Shown here: positions 22,815 through 35,939 of the stretch, piece after piece
How positions within the stretch are numbered: the first letter of the stretch is position 1
Layout: every line of letters starts with the position of its first letter
Origin: Pristiophorus japonicus
Taxonomy: Eukaryota
NCBI RefSeq assembly: GCF_044704955.1
Contig: NC_091989.1
Span: 21,824,001-21,888,000 of the forward strand
DNA length: 64,000 nucleotides
Direction of reading: 5' to 3'
Notes under the pieces: generated by a model
Seen by the model: only the letters and a program-made list of their open reading frames with translations
What the model was told of the DNA's origin: nothing
The model's database searches: none
Position numbers and translations under genes: made by a program

Positions 22815-25585
22815 ACATAGGATATACAGCATGGCCATTCGGCCCAACCAGTCCATGCTGGTGTTTATACTCCACTCAAGCCTCCTGTCTTTTGTCATCT
22901 AACTCTATCAGCCATACCCTCTATTCCTTTCTCCGTCATATAATTATCTAGCCTCCCCTTAAATGCATCGATGTTATTTGCTTCAACCATTCCCTGTGCT
23001 AGCGAGTTCCACGTTCTCACCACTCTCTGGGTAAAGAAATTTCTTCTGAATTTCCGATTTGATTTCTTGGTGACTATCTTGTATTAATGGCCTCTAGGCT
23101 AATCTATCAAACCCTTTCATAATTTTGAAGACATCTATTAGGTCACCCCTCAGCCAAAAAACCCAGACAGTTCATCCTTTTCTGATGAGTATACCCACCC
23201 ATTTCTGGTATCATCCCTGTAATTCTTTTTTGCACCCTTTCCAGTGCCTTTATATCCTTTTTATAATATGGCAATCAGAATTGTACACAATACTCCAAGG
23301 TTCGATACAAGTTTAGCATAACTTCTCTACCTTTCAATTATATCCCTTGAGAAATAAACCCTAGTGCTTGGCGTGCTTTTTTAATGGCTTTATTAACCCG
23401 TGTCGCTACATTTAGTGATGTGTATTTGTACTCCAAGATCCCTTTGCTCCTCCACCCCATTTAGATTCGTATTTTTCAAGAAATATGTGACCTCCCTATT
23501 TTTTTACCAAAATGTAATAACTCACATTTATCTGTGTTGAAAGTCATTTGCTAATTATATGTCCATTCTGCAAGTTTATTAATGTCTTCTTGGAATATGT
23601 TGCAGTCCTCCTCGGTATTGATTTACCCCCCCAATTTGGTGCTATCCACAAATTTAGAAATTTTGATTTTGATTTCAAAATCTAAATCATTAATGTAAAT
23701 TGTGAACAACAGTGGTCCCAACAATGATCCTGGTGGAATACCACTGCCCATCACCTGCCACCCTGAATAGCTACCCTTTACCCCTACTCTCTGCTTTCTG
23801 ACTTGAAGCCAGCTAGCTATCCATTCTGCTACTTGTACCCCGACTCTGCATTCCCTGACTTTATTCATTCGTCTATTGTGTGGAACCCCATCGAAGGCCT
23901 TTTGAAAATCTGGGTAAATTACATCTACAGCACTACCCTTGTCTACTCTCTCTGTTACCTATTCAAAAATTTAAATTAGGTTGGTCAAGTAAGACTTTTC
24001 CTTTTGAAATCCATGCTGACTTATTCATTATTATATTTTTGGTTTCTAGATATTCTATTTTGTCTTTTAGTAGGGATTCCAGTATTTCTCCTACTATCGA
24101 TGTTAAGCTGACTGGTCTATAGTTTCCTGGATATGTTCTATCTCCCTTCTTAAATATAGATATCATGTTAGCTATCTGCCAGTCCTCTGGCACTGCACTT
24201 TTTTCCAACAAACTATTAAATATGTTTAGTAATACCTCTGATATCTCTTCCCTAGATTCCTTTAAAATGCACATCCAGACCAGTGATTTTATCCTCTGAG
24301 TGTGATTAGTTTATTTAATGCTTCTCCAAGTATTATTTTAAATACTGTTATCTCATTTCTAATCTCATCATTTGATGTTATGCCCACCTGTTCTGTCTCC
24401 CTGGTCAGCAAAGTAATTATTTAATATTTCTGCCATCTCTATCGTTGCCTGTGATATTATCCTGTCCATCCTTTAGTGGCCCTATTCCCATCCCAACTTT
24501 CCTTGTTTTGATGTATGTGCCTGTAAAATATTTGACTAATTTGTTTTATGTTTCTTGATAATTTGATTTCATAGTTCCTCTTTGCCTTCCTAATTGTTTA
24601 TTTGACTGCTCTCCTACATATTCTCCCTTGTCATGCTCCCCCCTGCTGTCAATGCACTTATTCCTTACCCTCAATTTTTTCCTTATGTCTTTATGCATCC
24701 ATGGTGTCTCCTTCGTGTTTAGCTTGTTCTTGCTTTTTAGCAGAATATATTTTTCCTGGACTCTATTGAACACCATTTTAAATGTTTTCCATTACTGTTC
24801 TACATCATTATTTTCCAATATTGTTGTTTATTTTATTTTCCTAAGTTCTATTCTTGTCCCTCAAAAATCGCCTTTTCTCCAATCTATTACTCTGATCTAC
24901 GTCATACTTATGTTCTTCTCAATTATTATCTTAAAGCATATTATATTATGGTCACTATTGCCTAGATGTTCCCTTACTTTTACTTCTTTTAGCTACTGTG
25001 GTTCATTCCCCATTATTAGAACCAATAGCGAATCCTCCCTTGTCGGGCTTATTACATATTGGGTTAGAAGGGAGTCCTGTACACATTATAGGAACTCTAT
25101 TCCATTATCCTCTTTACCTACCTCTTCTGGCCAATTAATATTGGGGTATTTGAAATCCCCAATGATTGTTGTTCTATGTTTTTTTACTAATTTCCCCAAT
25201 TTGTTTGCATATTTTTTCTTCAACCTCCCTTCCACTATTAGGTGGTCTGTAGACTACCCTTATTAATGTGATTGATCTTTTATTCTCTTTTATCTCTATC
25301 CACACTGATTCTATTTCTGTCTTTCTTCTATTGCCTTTATGTTATCCCGAAAAAGTACAGCTACTTCACCTCCCCTTTTTCCCTCTCTATCTTTTTGAAA
25401 TATGTTATACCAAGCAATGTTTTATTCCTGGTCGTGCTTTTTCTGTAGCCATATCTCAGTAATCCCTACTATGTCTGGTTCCTCGCAACGTATTATTGCC
25501 TCCAGTTTTCCTGTTTTATTACGGACACTGTGTGCATTGCTGTATAGACAGTTTAACTCATTTGTCATCTCTTGGCTCAACAATG
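22815..25585 (-). mobile_element. Old CR1 LINE spanning endonuclease to 3' end
   Basis: LNCLYSNAHSVRNK..PDIVGITEIW (APE endonuclease), NYRPVSLTSIVG, KFVDSTKLGG; many stops. Confidence 0.85.
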
Positions 25586-26419
25586 GATCTGAAACAAATA
25601 CACAGGGAAGAAAAACTAAAAGAAAGAACTTCTTGACCTCGGGGTGTCCCAAAGTACTTCACAGTTAATGTTGTAAGGTAAGGAAATGCAGCAGCCACTT
25701 TGCAACTACACAAAGAATGAGTATAACTATGTTCGAGTCAAACAATATTACCTTTAAAATATGTGTACACCATACTTTGTGACCTATCAACATGCCTCTT
25801 TTATGTTACAAAATTTATTTTGAATATGAGAAACTTCAGTTACTGAAATTAAAAATGGCAATTGAAATTTATTTTCAGAAACATTTTGAGTAATGCTAAA
25901 GGTTCACCTGTTTCTTTTATTGTCAGCTTTTCTTGACTGGTTTATCATAAACCATGTTAGGCAACAGCTAACATTGGATTTCTCATTATAAGCATCTACA
26001 CAGGCAATTTCAATGTTGAAGGCCGACATAAAAAAATGGGACAACCGGAAGTAAGATTCATGGCCAAGAAATGGATGCGTTTGCAAGATGTTAAATATAG
26101 TTTTCCATTTAATACAAGTTTCAAGGCTACCTTCTACCAAGTTTAAATAATGGAAAATATTTAAATTATTAATGATTATAATGTATAGAATGATATCATT
26201 AATCAGTTACCAATATAGAGACTAACTGCAGGGATCCTCCACCAGTCACAACTTCAACCCACTGTTAACTCTAAAGTTGCTGAGATTGGCTCAACTCTTG
26301 ATGAAGAATTGATCTGTGGGACTAAATTGGACGGTTCTTTTAAAGATTCGCACGGGTTGAATATACTCCTTCTGAGCTATAAGATTCTATAATAATCCTG
26401 CTGAATGTGGTGCCTTAAA

Positions 26420-28517
26420 ACAACAACAACTTGTGTTTATATTGTGACTTTTAACGTATTGAAATGTTCCAAGGTGCTTCATAGGAGCATTATGAAATTA
26501 AAAATTTGGCACCGAGCCGCATAAGTAGAATTTAGCACAGGTGACTAAAAGCTTAGTCAGAGGTATGTTTTTAAGGAGCATCTTGAAGGAGGATAGAGAG
26601 GCAGGGAGTTCCACAGCTTGGGGCTTAGGCAACAGAAGGCATGGCCACCAATGGTTGAGCGATTATAATCAGGGACGAACAAAGAGACCAGAATTAGAAG
26701 AACGCAAACATAAAGAGGTAATAGGTACTGGATTCTATTGAAGCAAATGTAGGTCCCTTGCAGTCAGAATCAGGTGAATTTATAATGGGGATCAAAGAAA
26801 TGGCAAACCAATTGAACAAATACTTTGGTTCTGTCTTCACTAAGGAAGACACAAATAGCCTTCCGGAAATACTAAGGGACCGAGGGTCTAGCGAGAAGGA
26901 GGAACTGAAGGAAATCCTTATTAGTCAGGAAATTGTGTTAGGGAAATTGATGGGATTGAAGGCCGATAAATCGCCAGGGCCTGATAGTTTGCACCCTAGA
27001 GTACTTAAGGAAGTGGCCCTAGAAATAGTGGATGCATTGGTGGTCATTTTCCAACATGCTATAGACTCTGGATCAGTTCCTACAGTTCCTATGGATTGGA
27101 GGGTAGCTAACGTAACCCCATTTTTTAAAAAAGGAGGGAGAGAGAAAACAGGGAATTATAGCCTGAAATCGGTAGTGGGGAAAATGTTGGAATCAATTAT
27201 TAAAGATGTAATAGCAGCGCATTTGGAAAGCAGTGACCGGATCGGTCCAAGTCAGCATGGATTTATGAAAGGAAAATCATGCTTGACAAATCTTCTAGAA
27301 TTTTTTGAGGATGTAACTAGTAGAGTGGATAAGGGAGAACCAGTGGATGTGGTGTATTTGGACTTTCAAAAGGCTTTTGACAAAGTCCCACGCAAAATGA
27401 AAGCACATGGTATTAGGGGTAATGTATTGATGTGGATAGAGAATTGGTTGGCAGACAGGAAGCAAAGAGTAAGAATAAACTGCTCCTTTTCAGAATGGCA
27501 GGCAGTGACTAGTGGGGTACTGCAAGATTCAGTGCTGGAACCCCAGCTATTTACAATATACATTAATGATTTAGATGAAGGAATTGAATGTAATATCTCC
27601 AAGTTTGCTGATGACACTAAGCTGGATGGCAGTGTGAGCTATGAGGAGGATGCTAAGAGGCTGCAGGGTGACTTGGACAGATTAGGTGAGTGGGCAAATG
27701 CATGGCAGATGCAATATAATGTAGATAAATGTAAGGTTATCCACTTTGGTGGCAAAAACAGGAAGACAGAATATTATCTGAATGGTGACAGATTAGGAAA
27801 AGGGAGGTGTCATGGTACATCAGTCACTGAAAATTGGCATGCAGGTACAGCAGGCGGCGAAGAAGGCAAATGGCATGTTGGCCTTCATAGCGAGAGGATT
27901 TGAGTATAAGAACAGGGAGGCCTTATTGCAGTTGGACAGGTCCTTGGTGAGGCCACACCTTGAATATTGTGTCCAGTTTTGGTCTCCTAATCTGAGGAAG
28001 GACATTCTTGCTATTGAGGGAGTACAGCGAAGGTTCACCAGACTGATTTCCGGGATGGCAGAACTGACATATGAAGACAGACTGGATTGACTAGGCTTAT
28101 ATTAAATGGAATTTACAAGAATGAGAGGGGATCTCATAGAAACATATAAAATTCTGACGGGATTGGACAGGTTCGATGCAGGAAGAATGTTTCCGATGTT
28201 GGGGAAGTCCAGAATCAGGGGTCACAGTCTTAAGGATAAGGGATACGCCATTTAGGACCGAGATGAGGAGAAACTTCTTCACTCACAGAATTGTGAACCT
28301 GTGGAATTCTCTACCACAGAAAGCTGTTGAGGCCAGTTCGTTTGATATATTCAAAAGGGAGTTAGATGTTGTCCTTGCGGCTTAAGGGATCAAGGGGTAT
28401 GGAGAGAACGCAGAAATGGGGTACTGAAGTTGCATGATCAGCCATGATCATATTGAATGGTGGTGCAGGCGCGAAGGGCCGAATGGCCTATTCTGCACCT
28501 ATTTTCTATGTTTCTAT
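26420..28517 (+). mobile_element. L2 3' fragment (26420-26705, minus) followed by CR1 LINE (about 26742-28517, plus)
   Basis: ORF 26758..27903 is CR1 RT (YLDFQKAFDKV, KFADDTKL); TTTCTATG tail. Confidence 0.9.
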
Positions 28518-28734
28518 AACCAAAGTAATTTGGTTTACTTGAATGTGCAAAAGGTTGTGAAATTTGACTCCAAAGCCCATGGTAAAGATATAGTCCTATT
28601 TCTAATAGAGGTGTGAGGCACACAGGCTCAGCTGAGCTTTATCTTTGATAGTTTATAGGTCTGGGGCTGCCTTGCCAGAAATTAGAAAGAAGAATAGACC
28701 TTTCTAACCACAACTGCACCGTGTTAACTGCACA

Positions 28735-28740
28735 TTTATT
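28735..28740 (-). promoter_or_regulatory. Candidate polyadenylation signal of gene A
   Basis: AATAAA on the minus strand about 80 nt after the stop codon at 28821. Confidence 0.4.
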
Positions 28741-28820
28741 TAATGGCATGGTGATGTCCAACAATATAATGGAAATGAAGAATTGTCTGATTGTAAACGC
28801 ACATATACCTCTAGTCACCA

Positions 28821-29151
28821 TTATGCAATGGTTAAGTAATCTTGCCAGCCCAGTTTTTTTTGCAGTTTGCGAATGTTCTCCTTTATTGTGTCTACCTTTG
28901 TCTTTGTGCTTTGGTTGACAACATGGCTCTTGCCTTCTTCAAGGTTCTTCAGTATGGTTTCCAGTAGGTTGGTAAGCCACACCCTATCATACCCTGCTGA
29001 TTGATTCATGACCTCTTCAATTTGTTCATAAACATGATCTATGAGTTCTTCATCTTCTGTAATATACGTAATGATCTTCAGACCAGGGCGGTGCTCTTTG
29101 AGGTGCTGAATATTTCTCTGACCACGCTCACCAAAGCTGTTTCCACATAAA
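28821..29151 (-). CDS. Gene A last coding exon: final LRR plus helical C-terminal tail and stop
   Basis: cattttcag acceptor, phase 2 matching the previous exon; (H)LCGNSFGERGQRNIQHL completes an LRR, then EDEELIDHVYEQIEEV...KENIRKLQKKLGWQDYLTIA*. Confidence 0.85.
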
Positions 29152-29817
29152 CTGAAAATGGCAAAAGGAATTTAGTTCTGAAAAGCCTTAAACATTGACA
29201 AGTCTTTCCCTATTGGCTCTGTGCACACTTACTGTCAACATGAAGAGGTGAAGTTACAGTGGCTCATTTAACCAAACTCAGTTGCACAGTATGTATATAG
29301 TGAAATGTTATTTATTGTATAATTCGCTGCATTACTCAGAGATAATTCCAATTTCTTTTCAATCTCAATTTTTTGAATTTTCTCTCCTTAGGACTCCTGT
29401 GTGTCATTCATGGGCATTGTCAATCCTGTCCAGTTGGTTCTCCTTAATGTGTGAATTGAGATAGTGAGGTAGGTTTTGCAAGGTTGCACTCCCAGTATTG
29501 AGCCACACTCGGGGAGTGGGGGGGTCAGAGAAAGAGTCACAACACTGTAGCCTGAATTATCTGACCTGTGGTCCTTTTGAGGGCAGCTCCACACTAGGAG
29601 TCCAAAATTGCGGAAGTTAACCTAGTGAGTGTTGGCAAGCTATTTGATCATGGGAGGCATTATAATTAACCCCAATGCTGTCCCTGGGTAATGTCTACAT
29701 GTGTATCATGGAACAACCCAGCAGGACAAGAGTTCTAAGCTGGTGAGCTTCACTTCAGGGAGAGAGACCATATCTGGGAAAATTTCCAAGTGCAGAAACC
29801 TCCCCACGTCCTGAAGG

Positions 29818-32285
29818 TAACCAAACTGGAAGCAATACGGTGGAGGAGGATTTCCTGGAGTGCATAAGGGATGGTTTTTTAGACCAATATGTCGAGGAAC
29901 CAACTAGGGGGGAGGCCATCTTAGACTGGGTGTTGTGTAATGAGAGAGGATTAATTAGCAATCTCGTTGTGCGAGGCCCCTTGGGGAAGAGTGACCATAA
30001 TATGGTGGAATTCTGCATTAGGATGGAGAATGAAACAGTTAATTCAGAGACCATGGTCCAGAACTTAAAGAAGGGTAACTTTGAAGGTATGAGGCGTGAA
30101 TTGGCTAGGATAGATTGGCGAATGATACTGAAGGGGTTGACTGTGGATGGGCAGTGGCAGACATTTAGAGACCGCATGGATGAACTACAACAATTGTACA
30201 TTCCTGTCTGGCGTAAAAATAAAAAAGGGAAGGTGGCTCAACTGTGGCTATCAAGGGAAATCAGGGATAGCATTAAAGCCAAGGAAGTGGCATACAAATT
30301 GGCCAGAAATAGCAGCGAACCCGGGGACTGGGAGAAATTTAGAACTCAGCAGAGGAGGACAAAGGGTTTGATTAGGGCAGGGAAAATGGAGTACGAGAAG
30401 AAGCTTGCAGGGAACATTAAGACGGATTGCAAAAGTTTCTATAGATATGTAAAGAGAAAAAGGTTAGTAAAGACAAACGTAGGTCCCCTGCAGTCAGAAT
30501 CAGGGGAAGTCATAACGGGGAACAAAGAAATGGCGGACCAATTGAACAAGTACTTTGGTTCGGTATTCACTGAGGAGGACACAAACAACCTTCCGGATAT
30601 AAAAGGGGTCGGAGGTCTCGTAAGGAGGAGGAATTGAGGGAAATCCTTATTAGTCGGGAAATTGTGTTGGGGAAATTGATGGGATTGAAAGCCGATAAAT
30701 CCCCAGGACCTGATGGACTGCATCCCAGAGTACTTAAGGAGGTGGCCTTGGAAATAGTGGATGCATTGACAGTCATTTTCCAACATTCCATTGACTCTGG
30801 ATCAGTTCCTATGGAGTGGAGGGTAGCCAATGTAACCCCACTTTTTAAAAAAGGAGGGAGAGAGAAAACAGGGAATTATAGACCGGTCAGCCTGACATCG
30901 GTAGTGGGTAAAATGATGGAATCAATTATTAAGGATGTCATAGCAGTGCATTTGGAAAGAGGTAATATGATAGGTCCAAGTCAGCATGGATTTGTGAAAG
31001 GGAAATCATGCTTGACAAATCTTCTGGAATTTTTTGAGGATGTTTCCAGTAGAGTGGACAAGGGAGAACCAGTTGATGTGGTATATTTGGACTTTCAGAA
31101 GGCTTTCGACAAGGTCCCACACAAGAGATTAATGTGCAAAGTTAAAGCACATGGGATTGGGGGTAGTGTGCTGACATGGATTGAGAACTGGTTGTCAGAC
31201 AGGAAGCAAAGAGTAGGAGTAAATGGGGACTTTTCAGAATGGCAGGCAGTGACTAGTGGGGTACCGCCAGGTTCTGTGCTGGGGCCCCAGCTGTTTACAC
31301 TGTACATTAATGATTTAGACGACGGGATTAAATGTAGTATCTCCAAATTTGCGGATGACACTAAGTTGGGTGGCAGTGTGAGCTGCGATGAGGATGCTAT
31401 GAGGCTGCAGAGCGACTTGGATAGGTTAGGTGAGTGGGCAAATGCATGGCAGATGAAGTATAATGTGGATAAATGTGAGGTTATCCACTTTGGTGGTAAA
31501 AACAGAGAGACAGACTATTATCTGAATGGTGACAGATTAGGAAAAGGGGAGGTGCAAAGAGACCTGGGTGTCATGGTACATCAGTCATTGAAGGTTGGCA
31601 TGCAGGTACAGCAGGCGGTTAAGAAAGCAAATGGCATGTTGGCCTTCATAGCGAGGGGATTTGAGTACAGGGGCAGGGAGGTGTTGCTACAATTGTACAG
31701 GGCCTTGGTGAGGCCACACCTGGAGTATTGTGTACAGTTTTGGTCTCCTAACCTGAGGAAGGACATTCTTGCTATTGAGGGAGTGCAGCGAAGGTTCACC
31801 AGACTGATTCCCGGGATGGCGGGACTGACCTATCAAAAAAGACTGGATCAACTGAGCTTGTATTCACTGGAGTTCAGAAGAATGAGAGGGGACCTTATAG
31901 AAACGTTTAAAATTCTGACGGGGTTAGACAGGTTAGATGCAGGAAGAATGTTCCCAATGTTGGGGAAGTCCAGAACCAGGGGACACAGTCTAAGGATAAG
32001 GGGGGAGCCATTTAGGACTGAGATGAGGAGGAATTTCTTCACCCAGAGAGTGGTGAACCTGTGGAATTCTCTACCACAGAAAGTTGTTGAGGCCAATTCA
32101 CTAAATATATTCAAAAAGGAGTTAGATGAAGTCCTTACTACTAGGGGGATCAAGGGGTATGGTGAGAAAGCAGGAATGGGGTACTGAAGTTGCATGTTCA
32201 GCCATGAACTCATTGAATGGCGGTGCAGGCTAGAAGGGCCGAATGGCCTAATCCTGCACCTATTTTCTATGTTTCTATGTTTCTA
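29818..32285 (+). mobile_element. Young 5'-truncated CR1 LINE, antisense in the last intron of gene A
   Basis: ORFs 29840..30637 and 30634..32187 (517 aa intact RT) are separated by a single frameshift; (TTTCTATG)n tail. Confidence 0.95.
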
Positions 32286-32929
32286 AACTAAAATCCCATA
32301 GCAACTTCAAGGACAATTGGACACAATGTTTATAAAGGGTGGCCGATCCACTATTACCAGACCACCACTGCAGTTGGATTTCAACCCCAGTGTCTGCCCA
32401 TTTCCGTCCTTTTAAAGGAGTGGCCAACTCAAGCTGACATTATCTAAATTAAGCAACTTTGTGTAGTCGTGAGTTAAGCTGAAATTATCAACATGAGAAT
32501 TTGTGATTTCAGTTTAATTTAATTTCCATCCCAAGTGGCATCAAGGCAATTCCGTGGGGAAAGAAATGAGCCCTGCTTCCCTTTGGAGATGGACTGACCT
32601 CGTACAACTACCGCAAAGCAAGAAAGGGGCTGGAGACTGAGAGGTAGAAAATAGAAGACATATTGAGCTGAGGGAGGGATGGACTATCAGGGAAACAGTA
32701 CAGCAGGGATGAAAAGAAAAAGGGGAAGAGAGGCTGAGGTGAAAGACAAGCAGAGGCACAAAGATGATGAGCAAGTAATGAGTCGATTTTAATTATGCAA
32801 TTCGTCATAGGGAGCAAAATCAAAAACTGGCAACCGAAGGGACAGGATGGTGCAATGGGTTGGACACTGACATTTCATCTCTAGGTGCTTGGTTTAAATC
32901 AAACATAAACAAACTGACTTCAGACTTAC

Positions 32930-33097
32930 TGCAGGATCTCAAGGGTTTCATTGTCTTCCAGACAGTGACACATCTGCTCTATGCCTTCATCAGTGATTTC
33001 ATTATCGTACAGGTAAAGGAATTTTAAACTTCTGTTTCTTTTGAGTGCTTCACACAACAGATGAGTTCCTCTGGATTTAAGGACATTTGTTCCAATT
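32930..33097 (-). CDS. Gene A LRR exon (168 nt, 2 x 28-aa RI-like LRR, phase 2-2)
   Basis: ctttttag acceptor and GTAAGT donor; IGTNVLKSRGTHLLCEALKRNRSLKFLYLYDNEITDEGIEQMCHCLEDNETLEIL. Confidence 0.93.
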
Positions 33098-33200
33098 CTA
33101 AAAAGGCACAAGAACAGTATTGTCATGGCTTGTACATTCCTCCAAAATCGATAGTCTTTTTGTTCTTTATTAACAGACGTTACACATTAGAAATACTTAC

Positions 33201-33287
33201 GATAACTTTTCAACAACACAATCTTTTTCTTTGAGAATGTCGTTGAAAACCTTGGCTGATTCCTCGGTCAGCTTGTTTGAGCTTACC
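33201..33287 (-). CDS. Gene A LRR exon (87 nt, one 29-aa LRR, phase 2-2)
   Basis: ctgttgcag acceptor and GTAAGT donor; (L)VSSNKLTEESAKVFNDILKEKDCVVEKL. Confidence 0.9.
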
Positions 33288-33439
33288 CTGCAACAGAGGT
33301 TGAAGACAATTTGAATGAGGGTTAAATTAAAATGTTGCATGCTCCAATCTAAGTTGAACAAGTTCGAGTTTCAGACATGTATGTTCTGAGGATCTGTAAC
33401 CTCACAGTATTAAAAAAAAAAAGGTGGCTCAAACAATTC

Positions 33440-34120
33440 GCTTAGCAAAGAATTTCAGAACCTTAGCGAAACAATGTCTGTATCACACAATGGAGAAACT
33501 ATCTGCAGAAACACGCAACGGAGGACACAAATCTTCTTCGATAATATTCCAAACTTTCAGGTTTGCAGGAGATGGCCAGGTATGAAAAGCCAAAGCAACA
33601 AGCAAAACCTCATGGTAACTGGCTCTATCCTCCATCGCACATTTGATCTTTTCTTCTCAACTACATGATGTCTCTGTCCAAACTCCTTGCTGGAATTGGT
33701 CTGGTGCATCAGAACTCGGGTTCTTTTCCATTGTAGTTCACCTCCTTTACTATCACCAGAAGCTTTGTTTAATATTTGGTCTTGACCACTGGAGACGCCT
33801 CTCTCACTGACGATCTTCTTTGCATTTCTGTACAACACCTAACACCTTCTCAAACTTCATCCTGCTGGTACCATCATCATTTCCTACCAGTCTGCACATC
33901 TGACTGTCCAGATCTATGAGCCTGATCGCTCTTAAAACATCAACTGCCATTCTCACTTTTCCTACTTTATACTTTCGAGAAACAAAAGGCAACTCCAGCT
34001 TGCCCATTGCCACATACCAATTTGTTCACCACCTGTTCACCTCCAGCCATCTCTGGGTCATCTTACTAATCTTTCCTTCAATTTCTTGACACAACAACCT
34101 GATGACTTCATATACCAGGA
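33440..34120 (-). mobile_element. Heavily decayed RLE-type non-LTR retrotransposon fragment (Hero/NeSL-like)
   Basis: Remnant peptides GKLELPFVSRKYKVGKVR, QQGVW and WPSPANL across broken frames; recognised by eye only. Confidence 0.4.
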
Positions 34121-34607
34121 GAATGAGCAGTTTGGAATTAGTAAGCAATTGTGAGCTAATAACACATCAGAGCATTGAGATAATATGACCATGGGACTGA
34201 AACTAGTGAGATAGGCTGGTCATAGAATCATAGAATGATACAGCACAGAAGGAGGCCATTTGGCCAATTGTGCTGTGTCAGCTCTTTAAAATAGCTATTC
34301 AATTAGTCCAACAATATTCTAGCTGGGGTCTAACCAGTGAGTTATAAAGGTTTAGCATACTTCTTTCATTCGGCATTCAATGCCTCTATTTATAAAGGCA
34401 AGGGTCCCATATGCTTTTTTAAAAAAAAACCACCTTCTCAACTAGTCCTGCCAACTTCAAAGATTTGTGTATTTAAACCTTGGTTTTGGTCTCCTTATCT
34501 GAGAAGGAACATACATGTCTTAGAGGTGGTAGATTTATCCTTGGGATGAGAGGGTTGTCCTATGAAGAGAGATTGAGTAGATTGGACCTATACTCTCTGG
34601 AGTTTAG

Positions 34608-35205
34608 GGGCCTGATATTGGTGACCTTACCGCCCACTGCCACGGAGGTTTGCCTCCGGTTTCTCCTCTCTCCCAGTTTGCATTTGGGCTGGAGCGGGTG
34701 GGAGGGGAGTACCGCCGGGAACTATCCTCTGGCGGCCAAGTAGTGCAAGTGGCCTCCCGCCCGCCGAGATGCCAGATTGGTGCGGGGGAAGGACCGCTGA
34801 GTGGAGGCAGGTCTAATCCCGACGGTAGGTATGAAGAATGGAAAAAAAGGTTAGTGAACATATTTAAAATTTTATTTTCACAGCGACTTACCTGGATGGG
34901 GTCTCCTGAAGGTGTTCTGTTGTTTTTTTTTTGTAATGCTTTTTATTTTCAGCTCTTCCGCCCTCCCTGGTCCCAACTCCATCCTTGGCGGCACTTGGGT
35001 GGCAAGTGCCTTTGCCGCCGAGATCGAGAGCTCCCACCCGCTGCCGCCCAGATTGACGGCATAAGCCGTTATTTTTCCGCCAGTAGGTACCGCCACCTCT
35101 TTCAGAGGAATCTTCCTGGCAAAGTACCGCCCGGTCGCTCGGCGGCCATCGGCAGTACTTTGAGTGGCACTTGGGTGGGCCTTGGCCTTCATCACTTTCG
35201 GGCCC
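34608..35205. mobile_element. Harbinger-type MITE inserted in a CR1 3' fragment (about 34480-35595)
   Basis: TIRs gggcctgatattggtga / tcatcactttcgggccc; TAG TSD (34605-34607 / 35206-35208); CR1 resumes after the insert. Confidence 0.8.
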
Positions 35206-35939
35206 TAGAAATCTGAGAATTGATCTCATTGAAACATAAGATTCTGAGGGGATTGACAAGGTATAATGCTGAGAGATTGTTTCCCCTGGCTGGATTATCT
35301 AGAACTAGGGGGCATAGTCTCAGGATAAGGGGTAGGCAATTTATGACTGGGGTGAGGAGGAATTTCTTCACTGAGAGGGTTGTGAATCTTTGGAATTCTC
35401 TACCCAAAGGGCTGTGGATGCTCAGTTATATAGTATATTCAAGGCTGAGATAGATAGATTTTTGTACTCTAGCGGAATCAAGGGATATGGGGATCAGGCG
35501 GGAAAGTGGAGTTGAGGTCAAAGATTAACCATGATCTTATTGAATGGCAGAGCAGGCTCAAAAGGGCCGTATGGCCTACTCCTACTTCTTATGTTCTCCA
35601 GCCCTACAACCCTTCGAAAACTTTACGTTCCTCCAACTCTGGCCTCATGTGCATCCCCGACTTTGTCCCAACGTTGGCGGCTGTGCCTTCAGCCATCTAG
35701 CCCCAAAGCTCTGCAGCCCTACCTAAACCTCTCTGCCGGTCACTTCTCTCTCCTCCTTTAAGATGCTGCTTAAAACCCACCTCTTTGACCAAGCTTTTGG
35801 TCACCTGTTTCAATGTCTCCTTCTATGATTCTGTTCAATTTTTGTCTGATTATGTTCCTGTGAAGTGCCTTGGGATGTATTACTATGTTGAAAAGGTGCT
35901 ATATAAATGAAAGTTATTACTGCTGTTGTTTTTACTCAC

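Noticed and set aside
24628-25266. 212-aa hydrophobic ORF resembling a membrane protein
   Set aside because: Antisense to a decayed A-rich CR1 endonuclease region
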